64,000 nt of DNA, taken from the NCBI GenBank assembly GCA_003056245.1, contig MVDH01000001.1, forward strand, positions 158,794 to 222,793, read 5' to 3'. A program made the position numbers and the translations under genes. This DNA comes from Cellvibrio sp. 79 (GTDB taxonomy: Bacteria; Pseudomonadota; Gammaproteobacteria; Pseudomonadales; Cellvibrionaceae). Below are positions 16,857-26,330 of the stretch, in pieces (within the stretch, counting starts at the first letter, position 1; every line of letters starts with the position of its first letter). The notes under the pieces are model-generated. The model was not told the DNA's origin. It saw nothing but the letters and a program-made list of their open reading frames with translations, and ran no database searches.

Positions 16857-18323
16857 CTATTGTTTTGCGCTGAGGCTGAGTGTGGGTAACCAAATGGAAA
16901 CATTTAAACCATGCCCGGGCCTATTTGCAAAATGAATGCGTCCATTATGGGCTTCAATAATTTCGCGACAGAGTGCCAAGCCTAAGCCAGCGCCATCACG
17001 CTTGGTGGAATAGAAGGGCAGCATCGCCTGTTTTAATTGCTCTTCACTCATGCCACTGCCGTCGTCACTAATGGAGATCATATCCCAACTGCCTTGTGGT
17101 TTTATTTCCAGAAAAACTCCTTCCTCACTGGCACCGGCTTCGCGCGCATTTTTAATTAAATTGATTAACACCTGTGCGAGTTGTGCCGGGTCGGCAAAAC
17201 CCGCGCGCGGGGCGTGATTATTATCCCAGCGAAAATAACTTAACCCTTGTAAGTTAGTTAAAAAAGCGAGCCAGTTGATTGGCTCGCGTGCCGGGGTTGG
17301 CAAACGTGAAAATTGTGCATAGTCGCTGAGGAAGTCGCGCAGGTGTGTTGCGCGTTCCTGAACGGTGGTAAGGATTTTTTGTAGTAAATCCTGTTGTTGA
17401 GTCGGCAGAGTTGATTGCTGGATCAACTGTAAACCGGAATGTGCGAGTGAGCTTACCGGAGCTAATGAATTATTTAATTCATGACTAAACACCCGAATCA
17501 CTTTTTTCCAGGTGTCTACTTCGCTACGCGCGAGTGCGCGAGTTAACGGCTGGAAGTGATATAAACAATGCTCGTAACCATGCAATTGAAATCGCTCACA
17601 AAATAGATACCAGCTTTCTGTTTCTCCATTTTGTGTTAGTGAATGTTCGCCGGTGTCCGTTCCTGGAATTTCACCGTGTTGTGCTTCCGGCTTCTCTTTA
17701 CTATGCGCTTCCGAATACGCTGCCATTTGTACATTTGATGTGTTTTTTCCGATGTGATCATATTTCATTTTTTCCAGCGTAAACATCAGGTTTTGTTGCT
17801 GCATAATTGATTCTTGCACAGAGATTGGCATAGTTGCTACCAAATCCTGCAGGGATAGTCCACGCACCGGTTTCCCTTCATTCAATAAATGTCGTGCAGT
17901 TGGGTTACACAACACAATTTTCTGGCGTGAATCGGTTAATACGAGTGCAGATGAAACCGTTTCGAATACGCGGTTTAACATTAAATCTCGCTGCAACAAG
18001 TGAGTTTGGTTTTCACGCAGATTGCTAATTACCTGATTAAACAATTGGCCAAGCTGATTAAATTGTGGAGTTTGTTGTTCTGGCACCTGTAAGGAAAATT
18101 CACCATCCTTTAAATGCAACAGCGCAGATTCCAGGGTTTGTAAAAACCTGTCGAAAGGTTTCGCGAAGATGCGGTAACTCAACCAGGTGATAGACACCAG
18201 TACTAAAAAACCACAAATTATTGCGGCTATTTTGTTTGGAAAATAATTATAAACCAACAGCCCGGAGCCAACTGCAAGGCAGTTGCCTATAGTCAAGGCG
18301 ATTAGGCGGAATGAAAAACTCAT
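16857..18323 (-). CDS. Sensor histidine kinase (HAMP-PAS-HisKA-HATPase)
   Basis: Two N-terminal TMs, FSHELNNSL H-box, NLIKNA N-box, DDGSG and GAGLGL G-boxes. Confidence 0.95.
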   Translation of the reverse strand: MSFSFRLIALTIGNCLAVGSGLLVYNYFPNKIAAIICGFLVLVSITWLSYRIFAKPFDRFLQTLESALLHLKDGEFSLQVPEQQTPQFNQLGQLFNQVISNLRENQTHLLQRDLMLNRVFETVSSALVLTDSRQKIVLCNPTARHLLNEGKPVRGLSLQDLVATMPISVQESIMQQQNLMFTLEKMKYDHIGKNTSNVQMAAYSEAHSKEKPEAQHGEIPGTDTGEHSLTQNGETESWYLFCERFQLHGYEHCLYHFQPLTRALARSEVDTWKKVIRVFSHELNNSLAPVSSLAHSGLQLIQQSTLPTQQQDLLQKILTTVQERATHLRDFLSDYAQFSRLPTPAREPINWLAFLTNLQGLSYFRWDNNHAPRAGFADPAQLAQVLINLIKNAREAGASEEGVFLEIKPQGSWDMISISDDGSGMSEEQLKQAMLPFYSTKRDGAGLGLALCREIIEAHNGRIHFANRPGHGLNVSIWLPTLSLSAKQ

Positions 18324-19810
18324 GGTCTGTTCACCGGATCATTGTCAGGTTTGTTGCAAGACCGAGTTGATTGGTTGTTTGAGTTGTCAGTGGAGTTGCT
18401 TGCCGAACTGTTGGTGGAAAAATTCGCGAAATTGCCGTCCCCATGCTGTAACAAATTATTTTCCGGGTTTGTAACAAAATAAGCATCCGGATTGATGCCA
18501 TATTTTTCCATGCGCCTGTATAGGGCTTGCCGGCTGAGGCCGAGTTGTCGTGCTGCTTCGGCAATGCTGGTGGTCTTCACTAAACAGTGGCGCAATTGTT
18601 CTTCACTTGGTTCAAATAACGGGCGATTTTTTATTTTTTGTTGTGGCAATTGCAAATCGCCTGCTTCAATATTGTGGGAACTGGCGAGCAGGCAGGCGCG
18701 TTGAATGGTGTTTTGTAATTCACGCACGTTGCCGGGCCAATCATAAGCTTCCAGGGTGCGCAATGCCTCGGGGGTTATCGGGCGACCCTGCAAAAAATGG
18801 CGTGCGAGAGGCAGGATATCGTCTTTGCGTTCCGCCAGTGCCGGTGTGTGCAACTCAATAACATTCAAGCGGTAATATAAATCTTCGCGAAATTTACCTT
18901 GTGTAATTGCTGCGGGTAAGTCGGTATTGGTTGCGGCAATAATCCGTACGCGTGCACGGCGAATCTGGCTGGAGCCCAAACGCTGGAATTCGCCGGTTTG
19001 TAATAAGCGCAACAATTTCATTTGCCCGGACAATGGCAAATTACCAATTTCATCCAGAAATAAAGTACCGCCATGGGCTTGTTCAAAATGACCAACACGG
19101 GTGTGTTTAATGCCGGTGTACGCACCCGCTTCAGCACCAAACATTTCCGCTTCCATCAAGTCTAGCGGCATAGCCCCCGCATTCAGCCGAATAAATGGAC
19201 CGTTTTTAATAGACGAGTTACGCTGGATAATTTCTGCAATTTTCTCTTTGCCGGAACCATTAGGTCCGGTAATCAAAATAGGTACATCAGCTTTGGCTAC
19301 ATGCACAGCGGTGGATAGTAATCTATGCATTGCATCGGATTGGTAAACGACACCCGCCAAATCAAAATTGTTTGCCAGTTTTTCTCGCTGTGTTGCGCGT
19401 TCCGCCAGCAGCGCGCGATGCTGAAGCGAAATTTCATCCAGCTCTAGCAAATTATTGACAGCGGATAATAACTTCTGGTCATCCCAAGGCTTTGCGAGAT
19501 AATCAGCAGCACCGGCCTTTACCAATTCCACCGCACTGGCTAAATCGGCCCAGCCGGTTAATAAAATAATTGGTAAGTCGGGGTTAATGGCGCGCGCGGC
19601 ATAGAAGAAGCGTTTACCTTCTTCGCCACTGGTGGTTTCCCGCTGGAAATTCATATCGGCAATAACCAACGAGACAGCTCCTTGTCTAATCAATTCCAGT
19701 GCATAGGAGGGATATTCGCTGGTAATACACGGCAAACTGTTTAAGGAAAATAATATTTGCAATGACGTCAGCACTGCTGGATTGTCATCGAGTACCAGAA
19801 TATTAGTCAT
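18320..19810 (-). CDS. Sigma54-dependent (NtrC-family) response regulator
   Basis: Receiver domain, GPNGSGKE Walker A, GAEAGAYTG (GAFTGA-like loop), FLDEIG, WPGNVREL, Fis-type HTH. Confidence 0.95.
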   Translation of the reverse strand: MTNILVLDDNPAVLTSLQILFSLNSLPCITSEYPSYALELIRQGAVSLVIADMNFQRETTSGEEGKRFFYAARAINPDLPIILLTGWADLASAVELVKAGAADYLAKPWDDQKLLSAVNNLLELDEISLQHRALLAERATQREKLANNFDLAGVVYQSDAMHRLLSTAVHVAKADVPILITGPNGSGKEKIAEIIQRNSSIKNGPFIRLNAGAMPLDLMEAEMFGAEAGAYTGIKHTRVGHFEQAHGGTLFLDEIGNLPLSGQMKLLRLLQTGEFQRLGSSQIRRARVRIIAATNTDLPAAITQGKFREDLYYRLNVIELHTPALAERKDDILPLARHFLQGRPITPEALRTLEAYDWPGNVRELQNTIQRACLLASSHNIEAGDLQLPQQKIKNRPLFEPSEEQLRHCLVKTTSIAEAARQLGLSRQALYRRMEKYGINPDAYFVTNPENNLLQHGDGNFANFSTNSSASNSTDNSNNQSTRSCNKPDNDPVNRP

Positions 19811-19842
19811 AAATGCCGTGCGCAAAAATTATTATGTAGGAA

Positions 19843-21051
19843 TTATAAAGTACGCGTTGCCAGGCTGGGTGATATTTTCCCCGCCTGCAATGCAGGTATG
19901 GCAGCGCTGAGCAAGCATACTGCAAAAATGCCGGCGACTGTACCCAATAAAAACCAGGGTGAGAGTGCGATAATTTCCGTGGTTGTATAAAAGAAGTGGC
20001 TTAGCAGCATAGCTAATGCAGCACCTGATACCAAACCTATGGAAACTATTGCGGCATTTTCCAACAAAATTTGTGCGATGAGTTTTGCACGCGTAGCGCC
20101 CAATGCACGCAAAACACCCAATTGTTTGCGCCGTTGGTGCACGGAAAAATACGCTTGCCCGGCGATGGCGATAATAGAAGCGATCGCTAATATCACTGTA
20201 ATAAGATTAACTAATGCCACTGTGCCGCGGTTCATATACTTGCTCACAATAGTATCCAGTTTGTCAGCATAGAAAATCAGCCCTTGCGGGTACTGTTGCA
20301 TAAGGTATTGTTCAACTGCCTGAATTACCGCTGTGCGGATCTCGGGTGACTGGGTGCGAATCAGGTAGCGAAATTCATTATTCGTTTCATTGTATTCCGG
20401 AAAAAATGCAGTGGATTCGGAGCGATAAATTTGTGGGGAAAAACCCATCCAATCGGACATCACACCAATAATTTCATACTGTTTATCTTTTTCATAAACC
20501 ACTTTGCCGACAGCGTTATTATTTTCCCCGAAAAGGGCCTTGGCCAAGGCCTGGGTAATGATGGTGACTTGAGGGTGCGATCTATAGGTAAACGTCATAT
20601 CACTGTTTTCAAATTGGCGCCCCGCCAATAAACGCAAACCGAGAGTGTCCAATGCGTTGGGGGATACATTGCTGCGGACAAATGCAATCCGTTCATTATT
20701 TTGCTCCTGTGTAGTATTGAAGCCTCCGGTTCTCAGGTTGTATTCATGGTCAAGTGGCGTTGCATCAATACTGGCTACATCAATTACACCGGGAATGGCT
20801 TTGATTTTTTCCAGGTCGCGCAATCCATCTGCCAGTGCAATACCTTTTGTTCCCGCTGGATTACGCAGGGTAAAGCAGATCAGGTGTGTATCATCAATTC
20901 CGGTAGGCGATTTATAATAATTATCCAATTCGTTAAGAATATGCGCCAGGTTGCTGATCAACATTGTAATCAGTGCAATTTGCAAACCCAGCAATGCCAC
21001 AGTCAGTTTTTTTCGTAATAACGGTTTCAATATCGGAGGTAGCGAAAACAT
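19843..21051 (-). CDS. MacB/FtsX-type ABC transporter permease
   Basis: Large periplasmic domain; RRKQLGVLRALGA motif; C-terminal TMs. Confidence 0.92.
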   Translation of the reverse strand: MFSLPPILKPLLRKKLTVALLGLQIALITMLISNLAHILNELDNYYKSPTGIDDTHLICFTLRNPAGTKGIALADGLRDLEKIKAIPGVIDVASIDATPLDHEYNLRTGGFNTTQEQNNERIAFVRSNVSPNALDTLGLRLLAGRQFENSDMTFTYRSHPQVTIITQALAKALFGENNNAVGKVVYEKDKQYEIIGVMSDWMGFSPQIYRSESTAFFPEYNETNNEFRYLIRTQSPEIRTAVIQAVEQYLMQQYPQGLIFYADKLDTIVSKYMNRGTVALVNLITVILAIASIIAIAGQAYFSVHQRRKQLGVLRALGATRAKLIAQILLENAAIVSIGLVSGAALAMLLSHFFYTTTEIIALSPWFLLGTVAGIFAVCLLSAAIPALQAGKISPSLATRTL

Positions 21052-21129
21052 GTTAAATACCTTTGGTAACGCGGCGTTGTTAATTTTCTATCGCGCTATT
21101 TACGTTAGATGTTATGTGAATTAAATATT

Positions 21130-22491
21130 TCACTGAATTTTTAAATAGTTCGCAGCGGGAACCTTGCACGCCCGCCAAGCCGGGTAGAGCCCTGCACAAA
21201 TACTCGCGGTAATGGCAGTTAGCACACAGATTGCCATTAAATAAAAATCGGGTGTCATTAGCACCGTGTTGTCTTGCACAGGTAAGCCGTTCGCAGGGGC
21301 CGGAGCAGATTTCCATACCAGTTGCAGATACAACAACCCTGCAAACGTCATTACCATACCCAACACCGCGGCAATGCTGCCAAGCGCAGTGCTTTCAATA
21401 AGATGCTGCGCAAAGATCACTCGACGATTTGCGCCCAGCGCACGCCTTACTCCGGATTCTGGCAACGCGCGCATAAATTTTGCCAACAAAAGTGCGACAA
21501 AATTTAATGTACAAACCAATAAGGTAAAAAACCCGATGTAAATGGTTGTTTTATCCTGGTCATAACCCTGTTGGTTGAGCTGCATGTAATCGCCAATGCT
21601 CGACAATGCAAAACGTGTCGGGCGAGGATAGTTGCCTACTTGTTTTTGATCCTGAATATAGTTGCGGACAAAATCCTCAAATTGGTTTTTTTGTGCTGTG
21701 CTAGCAAATTCATACCAAAGGCTAATCCAGATACAGCTATTGATCAGCCGTGGTTGATACCAATGGGAACCATAATCGCGTAAGTCTTGCGGGCATTCGT
21801 ACCTTACCCACGCCCCGAATTCAGCCGCCTTTATTACCGAAAAAGGAATATAAAATTGTGCATCCGGTTGCGGCCAGCGAAATTGCGCAATGTCATAGGT
21901 GGGGTTGCTGTGCGTCACTTTTTTAGTGACACCTACAACCTGATATTGGATGTTTTCGTAGATCACACTTTTGCCGAGGCTATTTTCACCATTAAATAAT
22001 TTTTGGTTAACGTCTTCATTAATAACAATCACATTTTGAAATTGCTGGTCCGCTGTTGCGTTCCAGGTTGCACCATAAATAAATTCGCGTTCAAACATGG
22101 AAAAGAAGTCGCGGGTAACGATATTACCGCGTACAAAAATGGCTTTTTGCTGTATCTCCGGATTGTGCATGGAGCCGCCCCATTTGGTAATCGCGGTTTT
22201 CCGCAAAGGAATGTCGCTGGCAAGTAGCGCAATGCTGTCGCGATAGCTATGCAAGGGCGGTAAGTGGTTGGGGGTTCCCTCGTATTGATTTTTTTCGTCC
22301 CAGGAATCGGTTTGCAATAAAAATAAGCTGTTATCTTTGTGTGCCAGCGGATTTTTCTTCAGGTGATAGTAATGGGTGTAGCAAATAGTGGTAACGGCTA
22401 CCCCCGTTGCTAGTATAAAAATCATCACACTGCTCAGGATCGGCGTTTTACGAATTGCACGCAGCGCCAATTGACATTGATACCAAAACAT
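21130..22491 (-). CDS. MacB/FtsX-type ABC transporter permease
   Basis: ESGVRRALGA motif; LYPAWRA C-terminus. Confidence 0.92.
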   Translation of the reverse strand: MFWYQCQLALRAIRKTPILSSVMIFILATGVAVTTICYTHYYHLKKNPLAHKDNSLFLLQTDSWDEKNQYEGTPNHLPPLHSYRDSIALLASDIPLRKTAITKWGGSMHNPEIQQKAIFVRGNIVTRDFFSMFEREFIYGATWNATADQQFQNVIVINEDVNQKLFNGENSLGKSVIYENIQYQVVGVTKKVTHSNPTYDIAQFRWPQPDAQFYIPFSVIKAAEFGAWVRYECPQDLRDYGSHWYQPRLINSCIWISLWYEFASTAQKNQFEDFVRNYIQDQKQVGNYPRPTRFALSSIGDYMQLNQQGYDQDKTTIYIGFFTLLVCTLNFVALLLAKFMRALPESGVRRALGANRRVIFAQHLIESTALGSIAAVLGMVMTFAGLLYLQLVWKSAPAPANGLPVQDNTVLMTPDFYLMAICVLTAITASICAGLYPAWRACKVPAANYLKIQ

Positions 22492-22515
22492 AATTTTTCC
22501 TTTAAGTAATATTCC

Positions 22516-23238
22516 CTAAAAATGTTTAAACATTTCGGTGACTTGTCCATCAATAATCTGGATGTGACGCTGTGTTCGCCGCGCGAGATCCTGATCGTGG
22601 GTTACCATAATGATGGTGGTCCCCTGATCATTAATATTTTCCAGTAATTCCATGACTTGTCGTGCCATTAATGAATCCAGGTTGCCTGTGGGTTCGTCGG
22701 CGAGGATAAATGCCGGTGACCCGGCAATAGCGCGTGCAACCGCAATTCGCTGTTGTTGCCCGCCGGATAATTGTGCGGGAAAATGTTGTGCACGCGATTC
22801 CAGGCCTACACGTGCCAGCGCTTGTTGTACGCGATCTTTGCGTTCACTGCGGCCCATATTGCGATAGCGTAAAGGCACTTCAATATTGTCGTACGCATTT
22901 AAATCGGGAATTAAATTAAACCCCTGGAATACAAAACCGATTTTGGTATTGCGCAGGCTTGATAATTGGTTATCGTTTAAATCTTTGGTATTAATGCCAT
23001 CCAGAAAATAATGGCCTGAATTATAGGTTTCCAATAATCCTGCGATATTTAAGAAAGTTGTTTTGCCTGAACCGGATGGGCCGGTAATGGCAACGAATTC
23101 CCCTTCGTTCACCTGCAAATTAAAATTGCGCAATGCGTGGGTTTCAATAAGTTCTGTGCGATAAACCTTACTGATATCTTCCATGGCAAACATGGTTTTG
23201 GTGGTTTCTGAGCGTTGTGTTTTCTGTACCTGATTCAT
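22516..23238 (-). CDS. ABC transporter ATP-binding protein (MacB/LolD-like)
   Basis: [27 protein letters not shown]; start uncertain (23238 or 23286). Confidence 0.95.
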   Translation of the reverse strand: MNQVQKTQRSETTKTMFAMEDISKVYRTELIETHALRNFNLQVNEGEFVAITGPSGSGKTTFLNIAGLLETYNSGHYFLDGINTKDLNDNQLSSLRNTKIGFVFQGFNLIPDLNAYDNIEVPLRYRNMGRSERKDRVQQALARVGLESRAQHFPAQLSGGQQQRIAVARAIAGSPAFILADEPTGNLDSLMARQVMELLENINDQGTTIIMVTHDQDLARRTQRHIQIIDGQVTEMFKHF

Positions 23239-23287
23239 TGATCCTACTCTTCCTGTTTGCATTATTTTAGATTTTGCAGTTAACAAA

Positions 23288-24655
23288 TTATTGCTTTATA
23301 TAAAGGGATTGTATCTCGCGATAAGCGGATGTATCGGAAATAATTATCTCATCACCCAGAGCCACTCCATGGGTAACTTCAATATCATCCAGCCCCCACA
23401 CACCGTAGCTTACCGGGGTTTTAAAAGCTTTGTTGCCTGTTACTTTAAAAACATTTCTACCGTTATCCAGTTCAGCGTAAAGGCCGCGTGGCAATTTTAG
23501 TACGTCCTTGCGCACCTCCAATAAAATAGTGGCGGTAATACGCTGGTTCTGACGCAGGTGTTGTGGTTCATCCGCGGTGAAATGCAAGCGCACTTTTACC
23601 TGGCCTGCATTCACTTCCGGTGCAATAGCGGTAATAGCACCAGGGTAAATGTTACTGTCGAGTTTTATTTCCACTGCCATACCCGGAGACAGTTCCGGGG
23701 CATAATTTTCCGGCACTTCAATTTCAACTTCATAATGCGACAAGTCGATGACGGTAATCAGCGCCTGGTGCATAGCTACTGCACTTTTTTGATTAACAGC
23801 CAAATTACCTACCATCGCATCCACCGGGGAGTTAACGTTCAACGCATTCACTTCGCGCTGCAATTCAGTGACGATCGCTTGTTGCTCCTCAATTTGTTTG
23901 ACTGTGTTTTGTATTTCGGTTTTGGTCATTTGAGTTATCAGAGTGAGTTGCTCCGGGGCTTGTTGTGCTTTTAGCTCGGCGATATGTAAATTTTCTTCTG
24001 CGCGATCAAATTCCTGTTGTGATACAAAGCCTTTATCCAACCCGAGTTGATAGCGCCCAAAATCCCGTTGTGCATTGCGTAAATTCAATTCGGCAAATTG
24101 CGCAGTTTGTTTTGCTTCGAGTTGGTTCTTTTGTGCGGAAAGTTCACGCCCCGCCAATTCGGTTTGCAAGCGCGCCAACACGGCATTGGCTTGTTGGTAA
24201 CGACTGGTAAGCGCGGGGCTTTCAACGGATAGCAACAATTGACCTTGTTTTACTCTGTCGCCCGCTTTGACTTCATAAGTCACTATGCCATCGGCACTGC
24301 TATACAGTGTGGGGCTATTCGCTACCACAATTTTTCCCATGGCTGCGATTTCCCGACGCAAATCCCCGCGTGTTACCGAAGCGATGCGCAATTCGGAACG
24401 GACTACGCGCATATCTGTTTGTAATTGATCCCGCCACAACATAAAGCTGACGGTACTCAGTGCGATGAGTCCGCTAAAACCAAGCAGGATTATTTTTAAT
24501 TGTGTCAATGCAAAGCGCGGTATCGGCAAAACAATATCCTGTTTTGCGGTTCCTTGAATTCCTGTGTTCCCAATTTCCGCTTCCTGCATTGTTGTTTCAA
24601 TTAACTCTGTTGGATTATCGAGGGGCATGTTGTTGTTTTGTAATACGTTGGACAT
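23288..24655 (-). CDS. Periplasmic adaptor subunit (MacA/HlyD-like)
   Basis: N-terminal TM, lipoyl halves (VKAGDRVKQGQLL) and a long coiled-coil hairpin. Confidence 0.92.
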   Translation of the reverse strand: MSNVLQNNNMPLDNPTELIETTMQEAEIGNTGIQGTAKQDIVLPIPRFALTQLKIILLGFSGLIALSTVSFMLWRDQLQTDMRVVRSELRIASVTRGDLRREIAAMGKIVVANSPTLYSSADGIVTYEVKAGDRVKQGQLLLSVESPALTSRYQQANAVLARLQTELAGRELSAQKNQLEAKQTAQFAELNLRNAQRDFGRYQLGLDKGFVSQQEFDRAEENLHIAELKAQQAPEQLTLITQMTKTEIQNTVKQIEEQQAIVTELQREVNALNVNSPVDAMVGNLAVNQKSAVAMHQALITVIDLSHYEVEIEVPENYAPELSPGMAVEIKLDSNIYPGAITAIAPEVNAGQVKVRLHFTADEPQHLRQNQRITATILLEVRKDVLKLPRGLYAELDNGRNVFKVTGNKAFKTPVSYGVWGLDDIEVTHGVALGDEIIISDTSAYREIQSLYIKQ

Positions 24656-24735
24656 TAATGAAGTCCTTAATTGTTTAACTGGAAGTCCTTACGATCTGGG
24701 CTGCGTCACCTGCGCTCTTTTTCTGCATTGCCTAT

Positions 24736-24752
24736 AGCAGTAGCAATGCCAA
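24736..24752 (-). promoter_or_regulatory. Sigma54 promoter of the exporter/two-component operon
   Basis: Minus strand TTGGCATTGCTACTGCT, exact GG-N10-GC spacing, ~80 nt upstream of the start codon. Confidence 0.7.
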
Positions 24753-24806
24753 CTTCTTAAGGTGTTGAATTGGTTAATTATTTCTAATTGGGAAGGATGG
24801 TGGACC

Positions 24807-24841
24807 TGTCCGATTCGCGTGTCCGTTTACCGGAGCGGACA
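24807..24841. promoter_or_regulatory. Candidate enhancer (UAS) for the NtrC-family regulator
   Basis: TGTCCG at 24807 and 24820 plus inverted CGGACA at 24836. Confidence 0.55.
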
Positions 24842-24866
24842 GTTTTGGAAAAAAAGTTTGGCTATT

Positions 24867-24882
24867 TGGCGTCCTTGTTGCT
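24867..24882 (+). promoter_or_regulatory. Sigma54 promoter of the PEP-CTERM genes
   Basis: TGGCGTCCTTGTTGCT, GG-N10-GC with TTGC at -12. Confidence 0.65.
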
Positions 24883-24938
24883 TGGGTCTATTGCCTTTGG
24901 CGTCTATTTAACTTTTTGCAAATGATCTGGAGGTTTCT

Positions 24939-25580
24939 ATGCGAGTGTGTGAACTGCGCAACATAATTAATCATTACTTAAATGTCATTTTGTCACTCAC
25001 ATTTGTAATTTTTTCCGGCGTTGCATCAGCTGTGGAAATTAATTTTGATGATATTGACGTCTATCATGATCCCGAAGGGGGCTGCTTTTGCGACCATCCG
25101 TTAACAACGGAATATCAGGATAAAGGCCTGTTAATTAGCGATGGTTACCTGGTTGGAGAAAAACGCGCGGACGGAACCAATGATAATAGTTTGCTCGGGA
25201 GTTTGTTCCTGGCGTTTACGTTTGTCGATAATTTTCCCACACGAGTTAGCATGATTATCAATGGCGTGCATGACCAGGCTGTATTTCTGCATGCTTATGG
25301 CAATAACGGCTGGAGTGGTCACAAAAAAACATCGGGTTACGCGGGCCCTTTTGATGACACGCCTTATTTACCCAACCAACGCGTCACTTTTTACGCTGCT
25401 GAAGGAATTACCAATATCACCTTTGGTACTTTTTATGGATTAAGGGTTGGTGCCATCGTTGATAATTTGCAGTATTCCTATCTTAAATTACCGGAGCCGT
25501 CACCGGCGCTGTTGCTATTGCCTTGCTTGTTATTGGCGATTGCAAGACGGAAAAAAAGTAATTCACATCTGCGGATGTGA
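24939..25580 (+). CDS. PEP-CTERM sorting-domain protein
   Basis: Signal peptide; C-terminus LPEPSPALLLLPCLLLAIARRKK; RBS GGAGG. Confidence 0.85.
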   Translation: MRVCELRNIINHYLNVILSLTFVIFSGVASAVEINFDDIDVYHDPEGGCFCDHPLTTEYQDKGLLISDGYLVGEKRADGTNDNSLLGSLFLAFTFVDNFPTRVSMIINGVHDQAVFLHAYGNNGWSGHKKTSGYAGPFDDTPYLPNQRVTFYAAEGITNITFGTFYGLRVGAIVDNLQYSYLKLPEPSPALLLLPCLLLAIARRKKSNSHLRM

Positions 25581-25615
25581 ATGTAACGCTTCATAAATTT
25601 GTTAATAAGGAGTTA

Positions 25616-26323
25616 ATGATGAAATTGCTTCGCTATTTGACAATGAAAGTATTTTTACTGCTGCTGTTAATTCAGCCTTCCGCCGCCAACGCTGTGTTAT
25701 TGTTTACTTATACCAGCAACCAATTGCCATGGCAGGTATCGTATAGTGAAGGAGAGTCAGTGGAGTGGGGGAATGATATAGCTCCCTCATTTACGCTAAG
25801 CTTTACAGCACCGGAGCAAGATTGGACGTTAAATAAAAGCACTAATTTTTTTATGGAAAATCCTGCGATTGCATTAACGGACAACTATATTCTTGAGCAA
25901 ATTGATATTCGTTCATTATCCTATGGACGTGTTACCCTGGATCAGAATGGGAAAGTTACAGGATGGAATTTAATTTTATTTCTCACTGAATATATTGCTC
26001 CGGGCGCAACGCCTTTTGAAAAATATTTATATCAATTGACATCCGAGCGCATTGATATTGTGTCGCGTTACGGCAGTAACACTTGCAATTGTGATTCGTT
26101 TAAAAAACATTTCTATCCGGTTTATTATTTTCCGCGCAGCAATACCTACATGCGGCTGGTGCAACAAGACCGTTTCTATGGTGATAGCAATGATCCCGGG
26201 CAATGGACTATTAGCCGTATTAATGTAGCCGAGCCACCGACATTAGGACTGATGGTAATTGGTTTAGGCAGCCTGTTTTTTTATCGCCGCAAAATAAATG
26301 TAAACCGACATAAATTGACCTGA
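25616..26323 (+). CDS. PEP-CTERM-like sorting-domain protein
   Basis: Signal peptide; C-terminus VAEPPTLGLMVIGLGSLFFYRRK; RBS AAGGAG before 25616. Confidence 0.8.
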   Translation: MMKLLRYLTMKVFLLLLLIQPSAANAVLLFTYTSNQLPWQVSYSEGESVEWGNDIAPSFTLSFTAPEQDWTLNKSTNFFMENPAIALTDNYILEQIDIRSLSYGRVTLDQNGKVTGWNLILFLTEYIAPGATPFEKYLYQLTSERIDIVSRYGSNTCNCDSFKKHFYPVYYFPRSNTYMRLVQQDRFYGDSNDPGQWTISRINVAEPPTLGLMVIGLGSLFFYRRKINVNRHKLT

Positions 26324-26330
26324 AAATGGT

